Source of the DNA: Klebsormidium nitens
Taxonomy: Eukaryota; Plantae; Klebsormidiophyceae
DNA: 64,000 nucleotides
Assembly: GCA_000708835.1 (NCBI GenBank)
Contig: DF237311.1
Coordinates: forward strand, 1 to 64,000
Reading direction: 5' to 3'
A program made the translations under genes and the position numbers. Shown here piece after piece: positions 1-9,948 of the stretch. Position 1 is the stretch's first letter; each line of letters starts with the position of its first letter. The notes below the pieces were generated by a model. The model saw only the letters and a list, made by a program, of their open reading frames with translations. It had not been told where the DNA came from and ran no database searches.

Positions 1-10
1 GGAAAGGGGA

Positions 11-49
11 GGTCACGTAACCTTCGATGTCAGACACGTACATAGCTTT
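11..49 (+). promoter_or_regulatory. Putative upstream promoter of tRNA-like locus 1 (GGTCACGTAACC at -58, CATAGC box near -29)
   Basis: The same motifs recur at the same spacing upstream of locus 2 (GGTGACGTAACC 2089-2100, CATAGC 2119-2124), while the sequence between them diverges. Confidence 0.35.
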
Positions 50-68
50 CTGGCCGACCAATCTGCCT

Positions 69-161
69 GTCGGCGTAGCAACACAACTTGTCGCGAACTG
101 GAAATATGGCAACTTCGAACCCGCAGGGTCAGCATCGTCGGTTCGACACCGGCCGCCGAGA
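69..161 (+). ncRNA. tRNA-like RNA locus 1 (93 nt)
   Basis: Acceptor GTCGGCG/CGCCGAG (1 mismatch), TA at positions 8-9, D-like stem GCAA/TTGT, GCGAA-CTGGAA-insert-TTCGA, ACCC/GGGT arm, T arm GTCGG-TTCGACA-CCGGC, followed by TCTTTT. No D-loop GG. Confidence 0.45.
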
Positions 162-510
162 TCTTTTGTCTTTCGATCGTTTTGGCTTTTCTGACAGGGC
201 TGAAAGAGAGTTACCATGTCAGAAAGCCCTTTTTGCTCAAGAGACAAAGCTGCCGCCGACTGTTCTTGAGCAGGGCAACTGTGTCTTTTCAAAAGGCTTA
301 TGCAGATGTTGGTGGCTACAAAAACCACACCAAAAAGCACCGACAGCCAGCGTCTGAATTGTTTCAACCCGTTGACCGAGACAACCGGACACGTTGCGCT
401 CCAATGTTTGTTAAAGCTTTTCGTCGCAGAGCTGAAGATTAGTCTCCCAAACGCGGGGCAGTCAGGTTGATTGATAGCAATAGAAGGTGCGGCAGCCTTC
501 GTCGTCAGCC

Positions 511-582
511 ATCAGAGTGGCGCAGCGGAAGCGTGGTGGGCCCATAACCCACAGGTCGAAGGATCGAAACCTTCCTCTGATA
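511..582 (+). tRNA. tRNA-iMet: Cytosolic initiator tRNA-Met (CAT)
   Basis: ATCAGAG/CTCTGAT acceptor with A1:U72. Anticodon arm GTGGG-CCCATAA-CCCAC with three G:C pairs. T-loop ATCGAAA (A54/A60). Body matches the plant initiator tRNA as recalled. Confidence 0.96.
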
Positions 583-584
583 CA

Positions 585-589
585 TTTTT
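585..589 (+). terminator. Pol III oligo-T terminator of tRNA-iMet
   Basis: TTTTT begins 3 nt after the tRNA 3' end. Confidence 0.75.
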
Positions 590-1008
590 GGAGTTTCCTT
601 TTTCGGGATCATGCTTGCGAGCTGACGTCATCGGGAACGTGACGTTCCCAACGAGGTGACGTCCCGGCTTGTTGGTGCCACTTGTCCTGGTTCGTTAGCG
701 TGCAAGGCCTGAAGCTTCTTTTGAAGGACGGTCCACTACAGCCAATCTTCGAAATGAAATCAGCCATGGCTAAGCTTGAATAAAACACGCTTCCTTACTC
801 ATATAAGTGTCTCTTCTGTTTTCTGTCTTCTGCTTTCTGTCGGTATTGATGCGACCTCAGCATGGAGACCAACCGGTTTGACTGATGAAAAGGTTCCAAG
901 GTGATATTCATCCCAGTACAGCAGCTGCCCCAGTCTGAAAACTTGCTGTCATCGGATCTTGGCATCTGCGCTGTTGTCTGGCTCCGGTTCAACAAAAGTG
1001 GCTTCCAA

Positions 1009-1068
1009 GGTGACGTCACCACAGAATGTCACTCGCCAGGTGACGTCACCAACGAAAGTGACGTGCTC
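1009..1068. promoter_or_regulatory. Cluster of CRE-like palindromes upstream of tRNA-like locus 3
   Basis: GGTGACGTCACC at 1009-1020 and 1039-1050, plus GTGACGTG at 1058-1065. Confidence 0.3.
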
Positions 1069-1111
1069 CGCTGTTTTCGTGTACTTGATGTTGAGAAAGC
1101 AGTGTCTGGTT

Positions 1112-1215
1112 TTCGGCGAAGCAATCCCTCAGCGCAGCAGCGCAGTCAGCCTGGGACCCAAACGGGTCAGCCTTTGGCGTCGATCAAACCGTCGTTTCGA
1201 AACCGGCCGCCGACG
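1112..1215 (+). ncRNA. Divergent tRNA-like locus 3 (104 nt)
   Basis: 5' TTCGGCG-AA-GCAA and 3' GTCGT-TTCGAAA-CCGGC-CGCCGAC-G match loci 1 and 2. Contains a GACCC/GGGTC hairpin; the centre is otherwise different. Confidence 0.3.
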
Positions 1216-1494
1216 CCTCCTTGCTTTTCCGTTGTTCGCGGAATTGTGCCAATGCAGGTCTTCCGGACCCACGCTTCCCACTCTTGTTGACATCAAGTTG
1301 GTGAAGAAGTGTCCCTCACCCTTTTGATGAAAGATGTGAACAAGAAGCGTCTGGAAACCTCATCTATCTCAACTCTGGGAAGCACGTACGTACACACACT
1401 CTGATTCGCTGTTGGGCTGCCAAGAGACTGTTCTCGACTCATTTCCTGCTCCGCCGGGCTGTCCGCTGACCCCGGCGCACAGGCATCTTTGGCC

Positions 1495-1612
1495 GTTAAC
1501 CATGGGCTGGTTAAAAAGTGGTTATATGTCCCTGGGCGATATGTGGTTATCGCCCAGGGACTTGGGCGATAACCAGCCTTGGAGCAAGGTTAAACATTGG
1601 CTATTCCACTAA
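1495..1612. repeat. Short dispersed repeat with 14-bp perfect hairpin
   Basis: GTCCCTGGGCGATA (1528-1541) pairs with TATCGCCCAGGGAC (1548-1561). 1561-1592 matches 63616-63647 at 29/32. Confidence 0.55.
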
Positions 1613-2146
1613 TAACCGGAGATCAAGTCTGGCAAATAGCCTGATTAGCGGCCAAGCAATCCTGTGGCGCGCTCATTTCAGTCGAAGCCTCGAGGACGTG
1701 AAGTGCTCGGGGACTCCCGCCGAGCCGTTGCCTCCTCTTCCGGACCGTCCGCCACTTCAAGCTTTATTAGCAATCTTTGGCAAGCCCTTTTAAGGGTATT
1801 CGGCACAGAGGTCTATTCTAGAGAAGGCACCAACACCTTTGCTTACAATTGCAGTGAGCGCTGAGGTCACTGCGGCGTGGCAATTGGGTTGCCGGACCAC
1901 CGTTTTGCCACCTCATAGTTGTTCAGGATTGAAGAGTGTCCGCGCGCGGGTTGCCCTCTGGACCGTTGCGGACGCCCACTTCACCACCGTCCGCAAGCGC
2001 TTCCGTTTCGTGAGTTCCTGGGGTTTGCGGACGTCGTTCCAACGAACTTTTGCGTACTTTGTCTTGTCCGCGATTCAGTTCGAACCGAGGTGACGTAACC
2101 GTCAAAGAAAGAATCGTGCATAGCCTTTCAGTGGACCGTTCTGCCC

Positions 2147-2246
2147 GTCGGCGTAGCAACACTCAACTAGTCGCGAACTGGAAGCTTTGGCAATTTGAGT
2201 CGACCCCGCAGGGTCCGAATCGTCGGTTCGACACCGGCCGCCGACA
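2147..2246 (+). ncRNA. tRNA-like RNA locus 2 (100 nt)
   Basis: Perfect 7-bp acceptor GTCGGCG/CGCCGAC plus A, and T arm GTCGG-TTCGACA-CCGGC. Shares GTCGCGAACTGGAA and CCCGCAGGGTC with locus 1. TCTTTT follows. Confidence 0.5.
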
Positions 2247-2527
2247 TCTTTTGTCCCGCGACCGTTTGGATGTTTTGGCAGAGCTGAAAGAGTGCTACTA
2301 CAGAGGATTTTATTGGTATTCTGATCCGCTGTCGTACTTCGGGCTCCACATCGGTGAAACAAGCTGCCACCGTTTCTTGTTGAGCGGACGACTGGTTTTG
2401 TTCAACAGACTTTAGCTGTGGGGAGAACAGGCATCCCAAAAAGCCCTGGAATCTAGCGTGTCATTTGGACTCGTCAGTGCGGACATCCGGCCACTCCGCT
2501 CTAACAGTGCTTCCGCCTGTTTTGCAG

Positions 2528-5500
2528 GCGTCGAGCCCGTCCTTCTAGAGCCACTCCGCCCAGATTACGACCTTTACATTGACGCCCCTTACAACGTCTT
2601 CGCTCTCAGCCCGGGAGGTGTGAATTCGCTCCCTCCAGAGGTATACTGCGCGCGAGCGGGGCTAACTTACGGGTCGGTGGCGCTAGAGGACGCGGAACAG
2701 GTGAGGCTATTCACACCTGCGGGTGGTGCGTGTCTGGATGAAGTGTGAATAAGCACATTCAGGCCGGCTCATCGGGTCACAACTCACGCAAGCCGCGAGC
2801 GGTGTGCCTGGCCATTCAGACTCTGGGGAAGTCAGTATGCCGTGACTCTCTTTGCTGAGATAGTAAGTCTACTGCTCAAAGTGTGGCGATGTGAGTGTGG
2901 AGCCCAATGGACGAGCGGCATTGGCACCCGAACTCACGCGACCGTTCAGAATGCATCTAAGCCGTCGCCTGATAGAGTTTGCACAGATCTGTGTCTCGGC
3001 GGCCTGTACCAGGCGCTGTAATCGGCGACAAATGTACTGTGTTTGGTCTTTCTACTACTTCAGTAAATAAAACCCTGAAGCTCGTCTGGCCATTGGTAAA
3101 GGTGGCGTGTGCGCCAAAAGCCACATCATCAAGTCGAGTTTCTGTACTCCTCCGGTCTTGCTCCCTGCAGCTTACAACTAATCAAAGCCGCCCTTTCGAG
3201 TCCCAAAGAAGAACTTGTAACGCCTTGCCCAATCCTCTCCTGCCACGTGTCGCCAGGTCGCTAAGCACGTGACCTACCCGTGCCCCGCAGACTACATCCG
3301 GACTATTCTCAGCTGCGGCCTCCCGTCCGTAGCGGCCCGGCTGACGTCAGACGGAACCCTTGTGGCGTGGGCGCTGACGCAACCTTACCTGGCATTAGGA
3401 ATGGTTAACGTCATGCCGGTAAGCCCTTTATTGCAGCCGCTACAGGATGGTCCTCGCCCCTACTTTGAATATACAGGAACTTAACGCTCTCTAAGCTACG
3501 CTCTCGAAGGATAGCAACGATTTCAGGAATTTCAAAGATTCCACCGTGGCCACTACGGGGATAGTAGCAAGGATGGTAGCTTGCACCGGGGCAGCCTCCT
3601 GGAACGAGAACTCGATCGGACGACTAATATCGATCGACTTTCTTGAAGCAAGTTGCCCGGGCCGAAAGTAAGCTGCGCAACCGGTCACCGGTGCTAGATT
3701 CATCATCCATGACCGGAGGTGCTGAATAGCCTGCGAGAAACCGAAGCAGTCGGTACGTTCCTGGTGGGCCACCTGCCGGGCTCGGAGTGCGGGCCCGGTG
3801 CGGGCAACGCCGACCCAGTTCGGACACCCCCCTGGGACACTGACTCGGTAGTCGGTACGGCGGAAAAGTTGGCCGGTACCGACCGGCGTTGACAGTGCTC
3901 ATTGCACTCGAGTGAACCGTCGATGTGCAGGCCGTAAGTACACGGACGGCGCAGAATCAGTTATATTGTTGCCACGGTGGAAATTGTTGCTACGTCAGCA
4001 AAGTGTGCAATTGGACGAGTTTAGAGAGCGCAGGGCAAGTTAGAAAGCGTAAACTTCTTACATATTACTTTGACCCGTCCCGTTGGGGAGCCCTGTTCAG
4101 AAAGTGTCCCGCTTTAGTTCCGTTCTTAGGGGTCCTCAGGATTCGGAACCCCTCATGCTACTGTGACCGCTCCATCGGGAGACCACTTTCTTGAGAAAGC
4201 GTCCCGCTCTAGTGCCTCCTCCAGGCCCCTACGAACAGCTCTGTCCTTTTTTGAGCGTTCTCATTCTCGAACCGGGATTTGGGAGCTCCTTCTGCAATCT
4301 GCCGGGTCTAATTCGGCCCTGCACCTGAAAAGATACCTTCGTTAAGCTCTTATCACTTTGTTTTCTGCTTGTGCTGTGACGTCCCCCTCTTTCCAAATCT
4401 CGATACTGCATTTTGGGCAATCGTCTGCTGGCTGCGCCAGCGCGCCACTCACGTCTTTTCCAGGGGCCAGGGGCCAAAACATCTAATGCGCAATTGCGTC
4501 GTTGTGTTTGACTGGAAGATGCGGCCAATCATCACCTTATTAGGCTTCTACTCTGGGCGGTTCTGGTTGTTTCCAAAGACAACATGCCGATGCTTTTAAC
4601 AAAGAACAGAATCTATATCAACAAGCGTCCTTCTTGGGCGGACTGTTGCTTCTCTCCTTGTCTTCATTCTTCCGTGGTGTCTTCATCACTTGATTTCGTT
4701 TCGTTTATCAACCCCCTGCTCTGTGCGCTGTAAACCTGAGACGACGTTAACTTGGGTCAGAAACTGATTCGTACCTATGAATGAAACTCTCAAAACTCAG
4801 ATCGTTAGACGGTGAAGATTTTGCACAGTCTTCGGAACTTTGCGTGCAGATTGACAATTGTCTCGCCTCCTTTGATTCTGGTTGTTGGCGCTCTTTCTTT
4901 TGAAAAGGAATCTGAGAAGACCTCTCACTTGGGTTCGGCGGGATTGGCGACCTTCTGCTTAATCGCTGGCCGAAGGACGAGTCTGCAAGGTATCAAAACT
5001 GGAACTTCTCTCTCATGCCATCTACTTACAATGTCTCATGGACACTTCTTCGGTTCTCATTTGTCGGCGACCTAGGAGCTCTGAGGACGTGTCTTGTCTC
5101 CGGTTCGCGGTTGCGGCATTCCTTTTCCTGCACGGCTTTGTAACCGATGATTCCTGAAGGCAAGTCTTTTTTCGAAACAGGGTCATCGAAGAAGCGGCCT
5201 AGGGCGTGCTGTCGTCACGCTCTTGGCCCGGCAGCAGCTGGCGCGTGGCTGGACGTCACACGCTTACGTCAGCGTCGACAACGTCGCGTCCGAGCAGCTC
5301 TTTGCGTCGCTGGTGAGCCGCTGTCGTGACGATAAATGGGGCTCACTCGTTGAGCCCATCTGCTCCCACCATACGGGGCAACGAGTAAGATGCCCAAGCG
5401 TTTAAGCCAATGCTGTTATTAGTTTCTCCTTGTGCGGTCTTACGTCAGGTGTTGAGGATTCGTATGTTGTTTGAGAGATTGGAGACGATCTTTCGGTGGA

Positions 5501-5861
5501 AAAAGTTCGTGAGGTCACTCCCTTCGTCGATTGTTTCCACCGTCTTCTTAAAGTCTGCAAAGCTTCACATGGTTTGCTTGCCCAACTTAGCTTGTTCGCA
5601 TTTTGGGTCTGATATTAGCCTGTTCGCATTTTGGGTCCGATCATGCAAGCCGAGCTTATGTTGAACATGCACGACCAATCCTTCGGGGCCACGTATGCTC
5701 AAGTTCCCAAAAAGCGGACGCATTGCTCAGCCACGTCCTTTATATGGCACAAGCCCATTCGGCTAAAGCTGATTGCTGAGTTGTTTACTTTCTGTTCGTA
5801 GGGGTACAAAAAGGTTGAAAGAGCCTATTGGACAGGCTGCATGGTTCAGACCCCAAGCTAG
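2528..5861 (+). CDS. GNAT-family N-acetyltransferase (FR47/glycine N-acyltransferase-like); 5' exons unresolved
   Basis: In-phase GT-AG exons 2528-2700, 3257-3418, 5181-5312 and 5802-5861 give ...EDAEQVAKHVTY...GTLVAWAL...VNVMP-GHRRSGLGRAVV...YVSVDNVASEQLFASL-GYKKV. This contains GNAT motif A (RRxGLG) and motif B (NxAS..LF..LG). Confidence 0.85.
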
Positions 5862-7078
5862 CCGTTTTTGTGAAAAGGGAGGATGGAGTTCGTGAGTTGT
5901 TCAGTGACACGAACTATGCATCACTGACATAAGCTTGCTGGACAGATCGGTACCTTGTGGCAATAAGTGTGAGATGAAGCCAATCATGGCTTTATGGGGG
6001 CAGTTTGTTGCAAAATCAATCTCATGTGATTGTGATAACGTGACTTCAGTCACTTTAGTCGAGTCACTCGGTTTTTGTGATTGACTGTACACAATTCTGT
6101 GAGCTCACCTACATGACGAGCTGTACTATAAGTTCATGCTGTTTAAATCCCATGTAACGACATAGGTTGAATGAAGCACGCAATCACAATGTGTAGACCG
6201 GACTTAACCTGAGGTTCGTGGCATGACATCCACTCGATTTTAAAGCCCAAGCTCGCGCATTTTGCAGCAAGTCCACTAGTTTGAATATAGTGCACCCAAG
6301 CCCTGTCACGCAGCGATATCGTTATTAAAAAGCTTTATAGTAAGGAGCAACAATAGGTTGAATGCTGTCATTGTCTAGAGTCATGACTGCGCTTTATCTA
6401 GATTGCCAGCTAGGCCGGCAGCGTCTTCAGATGGCGCGCTTGCTTCGGCGTGCCACTCGATGGATACTTGTCTGCCCGTGCGAATCAAAGGCATGGGGCG
6501 GAGTGCGGGTACAGGGCATTGTTAGTGCTGTTCGCAAGGCAATGTTCTGACAACAACGTCTCGACAACTACGGACTCGATGCATTTGTACTGGTATAGAG
6601 TCATCGACACCAATGGCACGGGTGACAAGGTGACAGGGGCGGCAGCACGCCGGCACGCCGACTTTTGAATCAGGATCCGGAATTCAGGCAGGGTTTACCA
6701 GTATGGCAGTAGCTATGCTAATAAAATGTTCAAGAGTCAAGACTCAAGTCGTACCCGCGGCGAAATTTGCGGCCGGGTTTTACGCGGCGCTCGGCTGCTA
6801 GCATGCCATGATGCGTCACGACTCACAACCGCCGTGCCAAGTTCCAACTGCATATCCGGATTCCGGATCCGGAATTCCGAGACGAAGCGGCGTGGAAGGC
6901 CGTTCGCATCAACCTAGGCAGCTAGGAGCGCCCGGGGTAAACCAAAATCGGCCCTCGGGTACAACAAGTGCCTCCGAGTCGTTTAGCCGGGCGGACCAAT
7001 ATAATAAGCTTGCCAGCCTGGGACGGGTAGGGTTAAGTTTGGGGTTAGGGTGGGTACGGCTGCGGAGCACGTAGATTA

Positions 7079-7388
7079 CCGTAGTGGAACGTAATGATTC
7101 CGAATAAATAAATAATTAATTGCCGTCGGAAAGTTAGAAACTCATTTTTGGGTTCGGAAAGTGGATTTTTGCATTCTAAAAATAATTGCTCAAGGGCGTT
7201 CGGATTTAAAAAAAGTACAACCGGTCGGTTTAAAACATACAAATGTGGGGCAGAAAAGCGCTCGGGGGACGATTCCGGCCCAATTCGGATTTGGGGTCGT
7301 ATTTAAGAAATTAATTGAGAAGCTGAGGTCGTATTCGATAAAATAATTGTAATTTTTGACCATTCGGAATCATTACGTTCCACTACGG
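7079..7388. mobile_element. Tc1/mariner-type MITE, 310 bp
   Basis: Perfect 27-bp TIR CCGTAGTGGAACGTAATGATTCCGAAT (7079-7105 / 7362-7388), TA on both sides, AT-rich non-coding interior. Confidence 0.88.
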
Positions 7389-9948
7389 TATATGGCCGGG
7401 TAAAAGGGCTGGTTAGTGTTTAAGCTGGAGCTCCATATACCGTACCTAGCTCTTATTTAATTGTTCAATGTACCTACCCCGTCAACAAGGCTGGGTCCTG
7501 CCACCAGGCCCCAGCTACCCAAAATCAAGAATTTCGATTATTGTTCACACCGCCCGGGTTGTCCCGAGCACTCCTGTTGACAATTGCCCTCTCCGACCAC
7601 TCAGGACTCATGAGCCGGTTGGAAATCGCCGACTCATCGAGCCGCACGTGTTTGTGAATTTAGTAGGACACTACCCTGTTCTGGCCTAGCCTAACAAAAT
7701 TGCGGGCCGGTGGGTCGCGGTAGGACTACGTCATAAAAGGACGTGCCATGACGTACGAAGACATGTGCAAAATATCAGCTGCAAATCGTGCCACGTGAAC
7801 CCTCAGGTTTGACAAGATGGGCTATGATTTCCTACTAGCTCCCGAATCGCCGTGTGATTAGTCACGCGCTCGCAGCCTGAGTTGACTGCTCAATCTCGAT
7901 TCTTAACTGGCGCCAAATAGCAATCCCCTGCACTATGACCTCTTTTGATTGGCCAAAAGTTATGACCGAATCCCAGCAAGGATACGAGGATTGGTCGATT
8001 GCAATATCCTCCGATTTGGAGGCCGGCCGTGCCGGCGGTATAATGATGTCAATGTTTCGAACGTGCTGGACAAGCGCCCCGGGCCTGGGGGTGATGTCAT
8101 GCATGATGCAACGAGAGCACGATCTAATTCAAAGCTTATTAACGAGTACCATGCCCGCACAAAGGAGTATGACAGAAGACTGATGACCGGTGCTTATCAC
8201 CGATCACCAGAATCATGCCTGCTGGGATCGTTTATGCGGTGAAATATTGACCAGGTGGACCGTGGAGGTTCCACGGTAGTCATCGCCTGGTTCCTTTTCA
8301 ACAACTTGGAAATTTTGCATGCCACAGAAGAGGGAGGTGATACGGCCCCAGTACGTAAGCACGGACACGCTGCCGTCAGGAACAACCTTCCATTATTGCG
8401 CGCCTGTCAGACTCCCAGAATGGCGCATCATCGTGCTGATTATAAATCGTAGCTTGTATCATGTACCCGCTACCTGTATTGTTCTCAGTGATGATTCTTC
8501 ACTCCTGATTCCTGAATCGTCAGGTTTAACAGGTATATGAAAAAATTTGCATTAATTGATTCTCTCATCTGGAGACTGGCACGCAAGCTTTTGAACTTCG
8601 GAAAATGTTCAATATTTAGGTAATTTCGCTATTGGCTGCACATTCCGGGCAGCTCTGGAGCTGCCTGCAGCTATTCTTGGGGCATAAATCTCAACAGACA
8701 GCTCGTGCAAAAGAAGGTGGAGCATTCAACAGACGTCTGACGTGGCTGTGCTTTCTGTCCTTGATCAGTTTCGCACGCTGGTGTGGCACCCATCTGACCA
8801 TTCAGCTAATCACAGTGGTGCAGGTGAACATTCTTGTCGTCGAAAACACGGGCTTTGACCCCTTTTTCTTGCTATGGAACCTTCGATTACTGAAGTCTCA
8901 AAGGAAGTTGCTGGCCGTACTGGTATTAATCCTGGTATTAATCCTCAATTAATACTACAATACCTTCTGTAGTGATTATTTCGGCAGTGCGAAGTTTTTT
9001 CAAACACTGGTAACTAGTACATACTACAAACGAAGAACTTTTGAATGTTACCTCCCTACTGGTCAAGTCTGGTAGAATGTCGGCCCTTCTGGCTATTTTG
9101 GCATACTGGTGTGGAATTCACAATTGGCCGCACACAACATCACATGTGCAAGAGAGTGTTGCATTCAAATTTCACGAGCATTGGGCTCAAGTCGAGCTGG
9201 CGCAGGGCGGCTCGCGGTTCGCCTCATGCAGTTACCAGTCTATTCGGCCATCTAGGATTTCAGCTAGCTGGTAGGACCTAGTGGCAGTACTAAAGGATTC
9301 AGCTCATCGATCAGCGTCACAGACACACAGGAAATGGATTGTCGCCCAAAGACCAGCTGCCGTACGAAGGTACAGTCGACTCGTCGAGCTCATTGCACTC
9401 TAGGTTTTGGTCTTGACTCTTGATCGCAAAGTGCTGGGCGTCTCTCTTCTGAAATTGCCGCCCCCAGATGTTGCTTCCATTTGTCGTCCTCTTTCCTCAA
9501 GGTACGGGTGCCAGTTCATCTATGTCTGCCCACATCCTGGATATCGTCGAACCAAGAATGTCGAGGTCAGCAAGTATGAAGCAGTTGTAGATACGGCATT
9601 CTTGCTGAGTCACCCGATATCAGCAGGCTTCCTCAAGCACCATCCTGCAGCTGCAGAATGCCCCTGCCAAGACACAGCTTCCGACTTTTCTACTCTCTTA
9701 TGCAGGATACATTCTGAGAAGAAAGTCGCTCAATGCAGTTGCTGGGCGTCCATCTCGCTAGCACTGCGAGGACTGCACAAGAATCTTCTGCCACCAGCTG
9801 CCCTTACTTTTCGATGACCACTTCTCCACTAAGAGACCGCCCGTCGCTTTCAACCACCCGCCGCAGCACAACAGGTGGTGCGCTTTAGCAGCTTGCAGCT
9901 GATCGCATATAGACGCAACGGCGCCTGTCCGCAAGTCTGCGCACGACT

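Noticed and set aside
69-161. tRNA-Sec interpretation of the tRNA-like loci
   Set aside because: No TCA anticodon in a paired arm and no 9/4 acceptor/T geometry.
7021-7052. Telomere-like GGGTTAGGG stretches (also ~14860, ~54480, ~63905)
   Set aside because: No run of consecutive canonical telomeric repeats.
8630-8820. Minus-strand Cys-rich remnant (CSTFFCTSCLLRF...CPEC)
   Set aside because: Needs stops and a frameshift, and the family cannot be assigned.
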